This document shows, one piece after another, positions 42,810-52,538 of a stretch of DNA of 64,000 bases. The translations under genes were made by a program, and so were the position numbers. How positions within the stretch are numbered: position 1 is the stretch's first letter; each line of letters begins with the position of its first letter. The stretch spans positions 6,363 through 70,362 of the forward strand of contig DASWCZ010000079.1 in the NCBI GenBank assembly GCA_036395755.1, given 5' to 3'. The notes under the pieces were generated by a model. It worked only from the letters and a program-made list of their open reading frames with translations. It had not been told where the DNA came from and ran no database searches. The stretch is from Thermoanaerobaculia bacterium. GTDB taxonomy: Bacteria; Acidobacteriota; Thermoanaerobaculia; UBA5066; Gp7-AA6.

Positions 42810-43220
42810 GTGGTTCCGCGTGAGGCGGGTTGCGTTACCTCCCAGCGCACTGATGTCACACTCAGGATGGAGGAGAAGATGGCAGGTCATACCGTTGTCT
42901 CGATCCGGGCGGATGGATATGGCTTTGGCATCGGTCTCATATTCTTCGGCTGTGAGTGTCTCGTTCTGGGGTATCTGATTCGGAGATCGGGCTATCTGCC
43001 CGGGGTTCTCGGCGTTCTGATGCAAGTCGCGGGCTTGTGCTACCTGACGAATAGCTTCGCGCTGCTTCTGGCCCCGAACTTCGCAAGCCGGATATTCCCC
43101 GCGATTCTCCTTCCTGCCTTTGCCGCGGAGCTGTCGCTCTGCCTTTGGCTTCTCGTGAAGGGCGTGGACGTGCCGAAGTGGGAAGAGCGAGCAAACGCGG
43201 GACGGGTTAGCGGAGGCTAG
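42810..43220 (+). pseudogene. C-terminal fragment of a DUF4386-type membrane protein in a lower-GC patch; the N-terminal half is missing
   Basis: GLIFFGCECLVLGYLIRRSGYLPGVLGVLMQVAGLCYL...ELSLCLWLLVKGV corresponds to the C-terminal half of the family. Confidence 0.4.
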
Positions 43221-43234
43221 GCTCGGGGTTCGCG

Positions 43235-44131
43235 ATGCGTGCCCCTCTGCCGGTCCTTCTCAATCGCTCTTCCGGGAGCCCGGCGGATCGCGACGCGGTC
43301 GACCGGGTCCGGGCGGCTTTCCGTTCGGCGGGCGCGGAGGCGGACGTCCAGCTCGCGCCGAGCGGCAAAGACGTCATCGCCCTCGCCCGACGCGCGGCGT
43401 CTGGCGGTAGCGACGTCGTCGTCGCCGGAGGAGGCGACGGCACCGTCAGCTCCGTCGCTTCCGTCCTCGCGGGAAGCGAGAAGACGCTCGGCATTCTCCC
43501 GCTCGGTACGCTCAACCACTTCGCGAAGGACCTTAGGATTCCCATGGACTTCGAAGAGGCGGCGAGAAACGTTGTCGAAGGCCGCATCGCTCTGGTCGAC
43601 GTCGGAGAGGTCAACGGGAACGTCTTCGTGAACAACTCCAGCCTCGGCCTCTATCCGCGCATCGTTCGGCATCGGGAGGAGCTCCAGCAGCGGCTCGGAC
43701 AGGGGAAATGGCCGGCGTTCGCCTGGGCGACCCTTCACGCACTTCACCGGCATGCGTCCAGCCTCGAGCTCACTCTTTCCATCGACGGCCGCGAGATCCG
43801 CCGGCGCACTCCTTTCGTGTTCGTCGGCAATAATTTTTACGAGATGGAGGGTTTCAAGATCGGGAAACGCGACCGGCTCGACTTAGGAGAGCTTTCCGTC
43901 TATCTTGCTCCCGACGCGCGCCCTTTCGACTTGATCTTCCTGGCCATTCGCGCTTTCTTCGGACGACTGCGCGCCGCCGGCGACTTCGAAGCGCTGCGAA
44001 CCAGGGAGCTTCGAATCGAGACGCGGACCGGCCGGTTTCAGGTCGCGACCGACGGCGAGATCTCCATGCTGGACACGCCGCTCCTCTACCGCGTGCGGCC
44101 GCAGGACCTTCGCGTCGTCGTGCCGCGATGA
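43235..44131 (+). CDS. Diacylglycerol/lipid kinase catalytic-domain protein (YegS/BmrU-like)
   Basis: VVAGGGDGTVSSVASVL, GILPLGTLNHFA. Confidence 0.7.
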   Translation: MRAPLPVLLNRSSGSPADRDAVDRVRAAFRSAGAEADVQLAPSGKDVIALARRAASGGSDVVVAGGGDGTVSSVASVLAGSEKTLGILPLGTLNHFAKDLRIPMDFEEAARNVVEGRIALVDVGEVNGNVFVNNSSLGLYPRIVRHREELQQRLGQGKWPAFAWATLHALHRHASSLELTLSIDGREIRRRTPFVFVGNNFYEMEGFKIGKRDRLDLGELSVYLAPDARPFDLIFLAIRAFFGRLRAAGDFEALRTRELRIETRTGRFQVATDGEISMLDTPLLYRVRPQDLRVVVPR

Positions 44132-44982
44132 AGGTTCTGCTCCACCTCTCCGACCTTCACTTCGGCCGCGTCGATCCGGCGACGCTCGATCCGCTGGTCG
44201 CGGCAGCAGAGACGATCCATCCCGACGTCCTGATCGTCTCCGGCGACCTGACGCAACGCGCTCGGCGCGCGGAGTTCCGCGCCGCCCGCGACTTCCTGGC
44301 GAGGCTTCCGAGGCCCCAGATCGTCGTGCCGGGAAACCATGACGTTCCGCTCTACAACGTCCTCTTCCGTTTTCTCCGGCCGCTCGGTGGCTACCGGCGG
44401 TACATCACGGATGATCTCGAACCGTACTACCAGGACGAAGAGATTGCGGTCATCGGGATCAATACCGCGCGCTCCCTGGCGTTCAAAGGGGGGCGCATCA
44501 ACGAGCGCCAGGTCGGCCGCGTGCGCGATCGGCTCTGCGCGCTTCCCGACGCGACCGTGCGGGTCATCGTCACGCATCACCCTTTCGATCTGCCGGAGGG
44601 CCGAATGGACGCGGACGTCGTCGGGCGAGCCCGGATGGCGATGGAAACGTTCGTCGAATGCGGCGCGGACGTCATCGCCTCCGGCCACTTACACGTGTCT
44701 CACACGGCGCACACGGCGATCCGCTACAAGATACCGGGGCGCTCGGCGCTCCTCGTCCAGGCCGGAACCGCGACCTCGACCCGGGAGAGAGGGGAGCAGA
44801 ACTCCTTCAACGTGCTCCGGATTGAGCGCCCGCAGATCTCGGTGGAGCGTTACGTCTGGCAGCCGCTCGAGCGGCGGTTCGCGCCGGCAGCGCTCGAGAC
44901 CTTCCTCCGCACCGACGAAGGCTGGGAGCGCGCGACGCCGCCGAAGCCCGCAGACGAACAGCCCCCGTCCGTCAGCCGCTAG
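44128..44982 (+). CDS. Calcineurin-like metallophosphoesterase
   Basis: LSDLHFG, GDLT, GNHD, VTHHP motifs; ATGA overlap with the lipid kinase gene. Confidence 0.7.
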   Translation: MKVLLHLSDLHFGRVDPATLDPLVAAAETIHPDVLIVSGDLTQRARRAEFRAARDFLARLPRPQIVVPGNHDVPLYNVLFRFLRPLGGYRRYITDDLEPYYQDEEIAVIGINTARSLAFKGGRINERQVGRVRDRLCALPDATVRVIVTHHPFDLPEGRMDADVVGRARMAMETFVECGADVIASGHLHVSHTAHTAIRYKIPGRSALLVQAGTATSTRERGEQNSFNVLRIERPQISVERYVWQPLERRFAPAALETFLRTDEGWERATPPKPADEQPPSVSR

Positions 44983-45028
44983 CCCCTCGGATACAATCCG
45001 CGCGGTTTTTCGTCGAGAGGTGCCGGCG

Positions 45029-45784
45029 ATGTCCGAAGCTCGCGGCGTTGCCGCTCGGAGCCGTTTCGGGGAAACACTGCGCCGCGACGTCTGGTGGGTG
45101 GAGATCCTGCCGGTCGTCGCGTTGCTCGGCCTCTTCGCGATCTACGCCACAGCGCGCGCGTTCGAGGGGCGTTGGTTCGAGTGGGGGCCGTATATCTCCC
45201 CCTTCTACTCGCCCTTGATCGACCGCAATCACCACTGGTGGCCTTTCTCACCGGCGCTCTTGATCCTCGGCGGCCCTCTCGGATTCCGGGCGACGTGTTA
45301 CTACTACCGCAAGGCGTATTACCGGGCGTTCTTCCTCGATCCACCGGCCTGCGCGGTCGGCGAGGCGCGCCGCGGCTACCGGGGCGAGACCGCCTTTCCG
45401 TTCGTGTTGCAGAACCTCCACCGCTTTTTCCTCTATCTCGCGATCCTCTTCCTCGGGTTTCTCTGGTACGACGCGATCCGGTCGTTCCGCTTCGACGGCC
45501 GGTTCGGCGTCGGGGTCGGATCGCTCGTGCTGACGGCGAACGTCGTCCTCCTGACGCTGTACACGTTTTCCTGTCACTCGCTGCGGCACCTCGCGGGCGG
45601 GCAGGTCGACTGCTTCTCCTGTTCGGCGTCGGGCCGCGCGCGTCACCGCTTCTGGGGCTGGGCGAGCGCGCTCAACGAACGCCACATGCTGTTCGCCTGG
45701 ATGAGCCTGGTCGCCGTCGGTCTCGCCGACCTCTACGTGCGCGCGCTCGCGTGCGGCGCGATCCACGATCTGCGGCTGCTCTGA
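45029..45784 (+). CDS. sdhC: Succinate dehydrogenase/fumarate reductase cytochrome b membrane subunit (single large subunit type)
   Basis: ~5 TM helices with conserved His; directly precedes sdhA and sdhB. Confidence 0.7.
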   Translation: MSEARGVAARSRFGETLRRDVWWVEILPVVALLGLFAIYATARAFEGRWFEWGPYISPFYSPLIDRNHHWWPFSPALLILGGPLGFRATCYYYRKAYYRAFFLDPPACAVGEARRGYRGETAFPFVLQNLHRFFLYLAILFLGFLWYDAIRSFRFDGRFGVGVGSLVLTANVVLLTLYTFSCHSLRHLAGGQVDCFSCSASGRARHRFWGWASALNERHMLFAWMSLVAVGLADLYVRALACGAIHDLRLL

Positions 45785-47499
45785 TGAGCCTCCCTTACGA
45801 GATTCACGAGCACGACGTCCTCGTCGTGGGCGCCGGAGGGGCGGGCCTGCGGGCCGCCATCGAAGCGCTCGCGCACGGGGCGAGCGTCGGAGTCGTCTGC
45901 AAGTCTCTGCTCGGCAAGGCGCACACGGTCATGGCGGAAGGGGGCATCGCCGCCGCGATGGCGAACGTCGATCGGGGCGACGACTGGCGCACCCATTTCC
46001 GCGACACGATGCGCGGCGGCAAGTACCTGAACAACTGGCGGATGGCGCAGATCCACGCGCAGGAGGCGCCGGACCGGGTGAGGGAGCTCGAGCAATGGGG
46101 CGCTCTCTTCGATCGCACGGCCGAGGGCGACATCCTCCAGCGGGCGTTCGGTGGTCATACGTTCAAGCGGCTGTGTCACGTCGGCGACCGCACGGGACTC
46201 GAGATGATCCGCACTCTTCAGGACCGGGGAGTCCAGATGGGCTTTCACGTCTACATGGAGTGCGCAGTGACGAGGCTGCTCACGGACGGCAAACGGGTCT
46301 GCGGCGCGGTCGGATACTGGCGCGAGCAGGGGCGTTTCGTCGTGTTCCGGGCGAAGTCTGTCGTGCTCGCCACCGGAGGGATCGGCAAGGCCTGGAAAAT
46401 CACGTCGAACTCCTGGGAGTACACCGGCGACGGGATAGCGCTCGCCTACGACGCCGGCGCGGAGTTGCTCGACATGGAGTTCGTCCAGTTCCACCCGACC
46501 GGAATGGTCTGGCCGCCGGGCGTGCAGGGCCTTCTCGTCACCGAGGCCGTCCGCGGCGAAGGAGGCGTGCTCCGCAATCGCCTGGGCGAGCGGTTCATGG
46601 AGCGCTACGACCCGGAGAAGCTGGATCTCTCGACCCGCGACGTCGTCGCCCGGGCGATCTACACGGAGGTGCGGGAGGGGCGCGGAACGGAGCACGGCGG
46701 CGCGTTCCTCGACATTTCCCAGAAGCCGGCGGAGTACGTGAAGCGCAAGCTCCCGAGCATGTACCACCAGTTCTTAGAGCTCGCCGACGTCGACATCACG
46801 AAAGGGCCGATGGAGGTCGGACCCACCTGCCATTACATGATGGGCGGCGTGCGCGTGGACGCGGAAACGGCGGAGACGACCGTGCCCGGCCTGTACGCGG
46901 CGGGGGAGGTCGCGGCCGGACTCCACGGAGCGAACCGGCTGGGGGGAAACTCCCTCTCCGACCTGCTGGTCTTCGGGCGGCGCGCCGGGCTCGCGGCCGC
47001 CGAGCGGGCCGACCGGGCTCCGTCGGGCTCTTCGGACGACGGACAGATCGAGGAGGCCACGAGGGAGATGCTCGCTTTCTTCGAGCGGCCGGAGGGGGAG
47101 AGCCCGTACGCCGTCCACCGGGACTTGACCGAGACGATGCAGAGCCTCGTCGGGATTTTCCGCAATGAAAAGGACCTCGAGGACGGCCTCGCGAAGATCC
47201 GGGAGCTCCAGGATCGCGCCGGTCGCGTCCGAGTCGAAGGCTCGAGGCTGTTCAACCCCGGGTGGCACCTTGCGCGAGATCTGAAGGCGATGCTGACGGT
47301 CTCCGAGGCGGTCGCGCGGAGCGCTCTTCTCCGCAGGGAGAGTCGCGGCGCGCACAGCCGGACGGATTTTGCGAAGAGCGATCCGGAGTGGGGGAAGAGG
47401 AACATCGTCGTCTCGCGTCGGGGCGGCGCGATGGAGCTGTCGGAGCGATCGGTCCCCGAGGCGCCGCCGGACTTGAAGGCGCTCATGGAGTCACAATGA
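45784..47499 (+). CDS. sdhA: Succinate dehydrogenase/fumarate reductase flavoprotein subunit
   Basis: HDVLVVGAGGAGLRAA FAD motif, HTVMAEGG, RLGGNSL. Confidence 0.9.
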   Translation: MSLPYEIHEHDVLVVGAGGAGLRAAIEALAHGASVGVVCKSLLGKAHTVMAEGGIAAAMANVDRGDDWRTHFRDTMRGGKYLNNWRMAQIHAQEAPDRVRELEQWGALFDRTAEGDILQRAFGGHTFKRLCHVGDRTGLEMIRTLQDRGVQMGFHVYMECAVTRLLTDGKRVCGAVGYWREQGRFVVFRAKSVVLATGGIGKAWKITSNSWEYTGDGIALAYDAGAELLDMEFVQFHPTGMVWPPGVQGLLVTEAVRGEGGVLRNRLGERFMERYDPEKLDLSTRDVVARAIYTEVREGRGTEHGGAFLDISQKPAEYVKRKLPSMYHQFLELADVDITKGPMEVGPTCHYMMGGVRVDAETAETTVPGLYAAGEVAAGLHGANRLGGNSLSDLLVFGRRAGLAAAERADRAPSGSSDDGQIEEATREMLAFFERPEGESPYAVHRDLTETMQSLVGIFRNEKDLEDGLAKIRELQDRAGRVRVEGSRLFNPGWHLARDLKAMLTVSEAVARSALLRRESRGAHSRTDFAKSDPEWGKRNIVVSRRGGAMELSERSVPEAPPDLKALMESQ

Positions 47500-48230
47500 A
47501 GGAAGCGACCCTTCACGTCTTCCGCGGAACGGCGGACGGCGGCGACCTCGTTGCGTACCGCGTGCCCGTCGCGCCGGGGATGGTCGTGCTCGACGCGCTC
47601 CATCACATCCAGGGTTATCTCGCGCCGGACCTCGCCGTGCGCTGGAACTGCAAGGCCGGCAAGTGCGGGTCGTGCTCGGCCGAGGTCAACGGCCGTCCAC
47701 GGCTGACGTGCAAAACGCGAATGGATTCCCTGCCGCTCGAACGCCCGGTGGTCGTGACTCCGATGAAGTCGTTTCCCGTCATCCGCGACCTGGTGACGGA
47801 CGTCTCCTGGAACTACGAGGTCAACCGGAAGATCCCGCCTTTTTCTCCGCGCCCCGGCACCGACTGGAAGATGTCGCAGGCCGACGTCGACCGGGTGCAG
47901 GAGTTCCGCAAGTGCATCGAGTGCTTCCTCTGCCAGAACGTCTGTCACGTTCTGCGGGACCACGGAAAGAAGGCGGAGTTCGGCGGCCCCCGTTTCTTCG
48001 TCCGCGTCGCCGCCCTCGAGATGCACCCTCTCGACGGCGTATCGCGGACGAAGCTCCTGAAGGAGGAGCTCGGACTGGGCTACTGCAACATCACCAAGTG
48101 CTGTACCGAAGTCTGCCCGGAGGACATTCGCATCACGGACAACGCGATCATTCCCTTGAAGGAGCGCGTCGTCGACGACTTCTACGACCCGGTGGCGAAG
48201 CTCCTGCGCAAAGTCTTCGGTCGGAAATGA
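47496..48230 (+). CDS. sdhB: Succinate dehydrogenase/fumarate reductase iron-sulfur subunit
   Basis: CKAGKCGSC (2Fe-2S), CIECFLCQNVC and CNITKCCTEVCP cysteine clusters. Confidence 0.85.
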   Translation: MKEATLHVFRGTADGGDLVAYRVPVAPGMVVLDALHHIQGYLAPDLAVRWNCKAGKCGSCSAEVNGRPRLTCKTRMDSLPLERPVVVTPMKSFPVIRDLVTDVSWNYEVNRKIPPFSPRPGTDWKMSQADVDRVQEFRKCIECFLCQNVCHVLRDHGKKAEFGGPRFFVRVAALEMHPLDGVSRTKLLKEELGLGYCNITKCCTEVCPEDIRITDNAIIPLKERVVDDFYDPVAKLLRKVFGRK

Positions 48231-48244
48231 GAATTGGAGGCCTC

Positions 48245-48754
48245 ATGGAACACCAGTTGAAGACCATTTCGAAAGAGGCGATTCCCGAGGCGACCGCCAA
48301 GGCGGACTGGTACCGGCTGTTGAACGAGCCGGGCGAGGCGGAATCGATCTGCCGCGACGTGCTCGCCGTCGATCCGGCAGACCAGACGGCTCTGCGCCTT
48401 CTCGGGCTCGCGATCACCGATCAGTTCAGCGGAGCGCCGTCGGACCGCCGCGCGGAGGCGGAGGGGATCTTCCAGAAGCTCGGGGATCCCTACGAGCGGC
48501 TCTATTACGCCGGCATCGTGCGCGAGCGGTTCGCGAAAGCACAACTCTCGGCCGGCCGTCCCCCGCACACGTTGATCGTCCTCTTCGAGGACGCGCTCAA
48601 ATGGTTCGAGGAGGCCGAGAAGATCCGGCCGCCGGGCAACGACGAAGCGATCCTCCGGTGGAATCGTTGCGTGCGGATCCTGAAGAACCTCGCCGTCTCC
48701 GACCGCGAGCGCGAGCACGCCCACTTCGAGCCGAGCGACAGCCCGCCGCTCTAA
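48245..48754 (+). CDS. Hypothetical protein co-transcribed with sdhCAB (14-bp gap)
   Basis: ORF only; no recognised motif. Confidence 0.4.
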   Translation: MEHQLKTISKEAIPEATAKADWYRLLNEPGEAESICRDVLAVDPADQTALRLLGLAITDQFSGAPSDRRAEAEGIFQKLGDPYERLYYAGIVRERFAKAQLSAGRPPHTLIVLFEDALKWFEEAEKIRPPGNDEAILRWNRCVRILKNLAVSDREREHAHFEPSDSPPL

Positions 48755-48770
48755 GAGAATGTCGCGTGAG

Positions 48771-48812
48771 TTCGGTGGCGGGTGCAGGTCCGCAGGATCT
48801 GTCCCCGCGACA
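48771..48812 (-). repeat. REP-like palindromic element (reverse orientation)
   Basis: Reverse complement reads gcggggacagatcctgcggacctgcacccgccaccgaa. Confidence 0.6.
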
Positions 48813-48867
48813 TTCTCTCGGGCAAGTGGAGACATGACCCCTCCCCGGATCGTCTAGACTCAAAGCG

Positions 48868-49170
48868 ATGCTCAAATTGAAGGGGATGCGGGAGGCGGCT
48901 CCCGGGAAACGGCTCTTCGTGATCGAGGACGAAGGGCAGCCCGCTTCCGCCGAGGCGCTGGAACGCCTCGCTTCGATCGCCCGCCGGCTCGTCGAGGAAA
49001 ACGCGCTTCCCGGCGAGTTCGAGGTCTTCGGAGAAGGCCTGCTCGCTCTGAACCTTCGCGCCTCCGACCGGACCTTCTTCCACGACGGCATCGTGTTCGC
49101 CGCTCTCGACGCCGTCAACGATCCGGGCCGCAATCCCACGCTCACGCGGATCTCAAACGAGGTCGACTAG
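48868..49170 (+). CDS. Hypothetical small protein
   Basis: ORF only. Confidence 0.3.
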   Translation: MLKLKGMREAAPGKRLFVIEDEGQPASAEALERLASIARRLVEENALPGEFEVFGEGLLALNLRASDRTFFHDGIVFAALDAVNDPGRNPTLTRISNEVD

Positions 49171-49907
49171 CCCAGGACGAGCTTCGCCGCTGCGATTAGG
49201 AGAACGAGGGCGAGGAGCCGCCGGATCGCGATCGGCACGAGTCGTTTCGCGCCAAGCCAGGACCCGAGGAGTCCCCCGGCGAGCGCGACCGCGGTCAGCG
49301 GCGCCGCCGCGGCCGGAACGCCGCCTCCGCCGGCAAGATGACCGGCGAGACCGGCAGCCGAGTTCACGAGGATGAACACCGCGGAGGCGCCAGCGGTGCG
49401 CCGCGGCTCCTCCCATCGCGCGAGGATCAGGAGAGGAGAGAGAAAGATCCCCCCGCCGACGCCCGTCAGGCCCGCCACGAATCCGAAGAGGACGCCGATC
49501 GAGGCGAGCGCGACTGCCGGGGGCGGGGGCCGCAACGAATCGCCGGAGTACCGCATTGCCAGGCGAATCGCGGCGAACAGCAGAGCCGCGCCGAGCAGGA
49601 CCCGGTGCGAGCGCGTCGGGAGCGCAATCATGCCGCCGACGTACGCCGCCGGTATCGAACCGGCGCAGAGGGTGCCGACCAAACGCCACGGCACGAGAGA
49701 CGCGGACGCGAAGCGCAAGCTTCCCACGCCCGCGACGGCGAGGTTCATGACGAGAGCGGCCGGTTTCGTCACCGGCGCGGGCACGCCGAAGAGCGCCATC
49801 GCAGCGAGGTATGCCGAGGCGCCCCCGTGCCCGACCGACGAATACAGAACGGCGGCGATCGCAACCAGACCCAGCAGGACGGCGAGCGTTTGCGGATCGT
49901 CCGGCAT
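49167..49907 (-). CDS. TauE/SafE (DUF81) family anion exporter membrane protein
   Basis: Hydrophobic 246 aa; GHGGAS...G.G.G motifs duplicated in the two halves. Confidence 0.7.
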   Translation of the reverse strand: MPDDPQTLAVLLGLVAIAAVLYSSVGHGGASAYLAAMALFGVPAPVTKPAALVMNLAVAGVGSLRFASASLVPWRLVGTLCAGSIPAAYVGGMIALPTRSHRVLLGAALLFAAIRLAMRYSGDSLRPPPPAVALASIGVLFGFVAGLTGVGGGIFLSPLLILARWEEPRRTAGASAVFILVNSAAGLAGHLAGGGGVPAAAAPLTAVALAGGLLGSWLGAKRLVPIAIRRLLALVLLIAAAKLVLG

Positions 49908-49939
49908 CGACTCGAAGGATAGGACGAACGTCGGCGCGC

Positions 49940-49993
49940 GTTCACCTTCGGTTCATCGTGCCCCGCGCCAGAATTCATTCACGCGGCGTTCAC
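49940..49993 (+). promoter_or_regulatory. Two copies of the direct-repeat operator GTTCAC-N5-GTTCAT-(CG)GTGCCCC (49940-49956) and TTCAC-N6-GTTCAC-CGCGTGCCCC (49978-49993), 11-bp half-site spacing typical of OmpR-family regulators
   Basis: Read directly, 40-95 bp upstream of the 50034 ATG. Confidence 0.45.
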
Positions 49994-50033
49994 CGCGTGC
50001 CCCTTACGCTCCTCAATGAAAAGGAGGACCGCT

Positions 50034-50351
50034 ATGAGGAAAACAGCCTGGCTCTCGTTGATCGCGTTCGTTCTCGCGATCGGCGTCGCGTCCACATCGA
50101 TGGCAAAAGGCAAGAATCACGCGATGACGATGGAGGGAACGGTGTCCTCGGTCGACCAGAGCAGGAAGACATTTTCCCTGACGAACAAGGCGGGGAAAGC
50201 GACTTCGATCTCGTGGACTGCCGCCACGAAAGTCCGGGGAGGATCGCTCAAGGACGGAGAGCGCGCCCAGGTCAGCGTCCTGACGAAAGACGGCAAGAAC
50301 ATTGCGACTTCGATTCGGATCGCTTCCGCGAAGATGGCAAAAGCTTCTTAG
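50034..50351 (+). CDS. Small secreted/periplasmic protein (signal peptide MRKTAWLSLIAFVLAIGVASTSMA), likely target of the adjacent two-component system
   Basis: RBS AAGGAGG 8 nt before ATG 50034; beta-rich Lys/Thr-rich mature part. Confidence 0.5.
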   Translation: MRKTAWLSLIAFVLAIGVASTSMAKGKNHAMTMEGTVSSVDQSRKTFSLTNKAGKATSISWTAATKVRGGSLKDGERAQVSVLTKDGKNIATSIRIASAKMAKAS

Positions 50352-50441
50352 CTTGAGCGGGGGCCTTGCGGTCCCGCGAGCCCCTCGCGGAGCACATCCC
50401 CCTCCAACCGGCCGGAGCCGAGAGGCTCCGGCCGCTTTTTC

Positions 50442-51845
50442 TCACGCTGCGGGCAGCACTGCCCGAAAGATCGCGCCCCCTCCGGAGCGCTCTTCGACCT
50501 CGATGCGTCCGCCATGCGTCCTGGCGACCTGTTGGACGATAGCGAGGCCGAGACCGGACCCCTCCGGGTGTCTCGCGCGGGCGCTGTCGAGCCGCACGAA
50601 GCGCTCGAAGATCCGCGAGCGATCCGTCTCCGGCACGCCCGGCCCGCGGTCGCGCACCTCGAAGACCACGTCCTGTCCGCGCGTTCCCGCGACGACTTCG
50701 ACGGAAGTGCCGGGGTCGGAATAGACCGCCGCGTTCGACACGAGATTCGTGGCAAGCCGAAAGAGCGCCGCCGGGTCGCCCCGCACGCTCGCCCCGTTCT
50801 CCCGGAAAAGGTCGATCTGCACGTTCCGCAGAGCGGCGATCGCCCGGGAAGCCTGGACCGACCGCTCGACGATCGCGCCGAAGTCCACCACCTCGAACGG
50901 GGGGGTCGGCGCCGTGTCGGCGCGCGCGAGGGACAGCAGGTTCTCGGCTTCACGGGCGAGCCCTCGGGCGGTGCGCTCGATCGTCTCGAGCGACCGGCGC
51001 CGGTCTTCGGGGGCCGTTTCCGGCCGCAGCGCGTCCTGGGCCTCCCCGAGAAGCACCGCGATCGGCGTCTTCAGTTCGTGCGCGGCGTCGGCGACGAGAC
51101 GGCGCTGAGCCTGGAAGGCACCCTGCAGCCGTTCGAGGAGGGAGTTGATGACGCCGGTCAATCTCTGGAACTCGTCGCCGCCCGTGGAAACGCGAACGCG
51201 GCGCGAGAGGTCGGAAGCTTCGACGGATTCCGCCAGCCGCGTGACTTCCTCGACCGGGCGCAACGCCCGGTCGAGGACGAAAGCCAGGATCGCAGCGGTC
51301 CCGACGAAACCGATCAGCACCAGGCCGGCGAGCGTGCGGTCGAGGCGGGCCAGAGTCCTCAACGCCGGCTCGATGGATCGGAAGATCACCAGAGTCGCGC
51401 CGACCGCCTTTCCTCGGAGTCGCAACACGAGGAACCGGCAGATCCGGCGCTGACCGCTGTAAGGCTCGACGGCGGTGTACGCATCTTCCGTGCGGCCGCG
51501 ATACGGCGAGAGGCTGAAAGAGCGGCTCGGGCGGACCAGGTCGCCCGAAACGGTCAGCGCGCGCTCCCCGTCGAAGAGAATCGCGGAGTGGTTCTGGAGA
51601 CGGAATTCGAAGACGTTCGCTTCCAGACCTTTCGCGAGGGACTCCTGATAACCGAGCCCCTCCATCTCGAAGTCGGAGCCGACCGCGACGGCGAGCGTCC
51701 GCAGCTCCTCATCGATGTCGCGGAAGGTGAGCTCCCGGACCGTGGTCCGGGCCCCGAGAGCGAGGAGCAGCAGGAGAACCGCGGAGAGAGCCGCTCCCGC
51801 CAACGCGATGCGAGTGCGGGCTTTCCGCGGCCGGGGCAGGATCAC
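50442..51845 (-). CDS. Sensor histidine kinase (2 TM, periplasmic sensor domain, HAMP, HisKA, HATPase_c)
   Basis: AAHELKTPIAVL H-box; GSGLGLAIV G2 box; GTG start overlaps the response-regulator stop. Confidence 0.8.
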   Translation of the reverse strand: MILPRPRKARTRIALAGAALSAVLLLLLALGARTTVRELTFRDIDEELRTLAVAVGSDFEMEGLGYQESLAKGLEANVFEFRLQNHSAILFDGERALTVSGDLVRPSRSFSLSPYRGRTEDAYTAVEPYSGQRRICRFLVLRLRGKAVGATLVIFRSIEPALRTLARLDRTLAGLVLIGFVGTAAILAFVLDRALRPVEEVTRLAESVEASDLSRRVRVSTGGDEFQRLTGVINSLLERLQGAFQAQRRLVADAAHELKTPIAVLLGEAQDALRPETAPEDRRRSLETIERTARGLAREAENLLSLARADTAPTPPFEVVDFGAIVERSVQASRAIAALRNVQIDLFRENGASVRGDPAALFRLATNLVSNAAVYSDPGTSVEVVAGTRGQDVVFEVRDRGPGVPETDRSRIFERFVRLDSARARHPEGSGLGLAIVQQVARTHGGRIEVEERSGGGAIFRAVLPAA

Positions 51846-52507
51846 GTCAGGCGGTATCCCACTCCGCGAACGGTTTCGATTCGCGAAGAAGATCCGCACG
51901 CGTCGAGCTTCCTTCGGAGACGCGCGATCAGCACGTCGATCGTGTTGCTCATCGGCTCTTCCCGCTCGCCCCACGCCTGCTCCAGGATTTCTTCGCGGGA
52001 AAGGACGCTGCCTTCCCGGCGCATGAGCGTTTCCAGGATCGCGAACTCGCGGGCGGTCAGGGAGAGCTCGGCGCCATCGTGCCACGCCATACGGCGACCC
52101 GGGTCGAGCCGCAGGCTTCCGCAGACGAGCTGCGATGGCGCGCGACGCTCGTTGCGGCGAAGGAGAGCGTGGGCGCGCGCCACCAGAACGTCGAGGTCGA
52201 ACGGCTTGCCGAGATAGTCGTCCGCGCCGTCGGAGAGTCCCTCGACGGTCGCCGCGGGGTCGTCGAGCGCGGTCAAGATCAGGATCGAACGGCCGAACCC
52301 CTTCCGGCGCGCCCGGCGACAGACCTCCAACCCGTCGCCGTCCGGCAGGCGCCGGTCGAGCACCAGGAGGTCGTAGTCGTGGACCGAGAGGAGCTCTTCC
52401 GCTTCCGAGATCCGCGCCGCTTCGTCGCAGGCGAGGCCAGCGCGTGCTAATGTCCTCACGACCAGCGAACGGAGCCGCTGATCGTCTTCCACTACGAGCG
52501 CTCTCAC
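51842..52507 (-). CDS. OmpR-family response regulator (receiver + winged-helix)
   Basis: MRALVVEDD...DLLVLDRRLPDGDG...ADDYLGKPF; C-terminal RGVGYRLT. Confidence 0.85.
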   Translation of the reverse strand: MRALVVEDDQRLRSLVVRTLARAGLACDEAARISEAEELLSVHDYDLLVLDRRLPDGDGLEVCRRARRKGFGRSILILTALDDPAATVEGLSDGADDYLGKPFDLDVLVARAHALLRRNERRAPSQLVCGSLRLDPGRRMAWHDGAELSLTAREFAILETLMRREGSVLSREEILEQAWGEREEPMSNTIDVLIARLRRKLDACGSSSRIETVRGVGYRLT

Positions 52508-52519
52508 GAAAACGACCCC

Positions 52520-52535
52520 TTCATCCCGTGTTCAC
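52520..52535. promoter_or_regulatory. TTCAT-N6-TTCAC direct repeat (11-bp spacing) in the short divergent region between the response-regulator gene and the Omp85-family gene
   Basis: Read directly; same half-site family as 49940 and 62781. Confidence 0.3.
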
Positions 52536-52538
52536 GGT

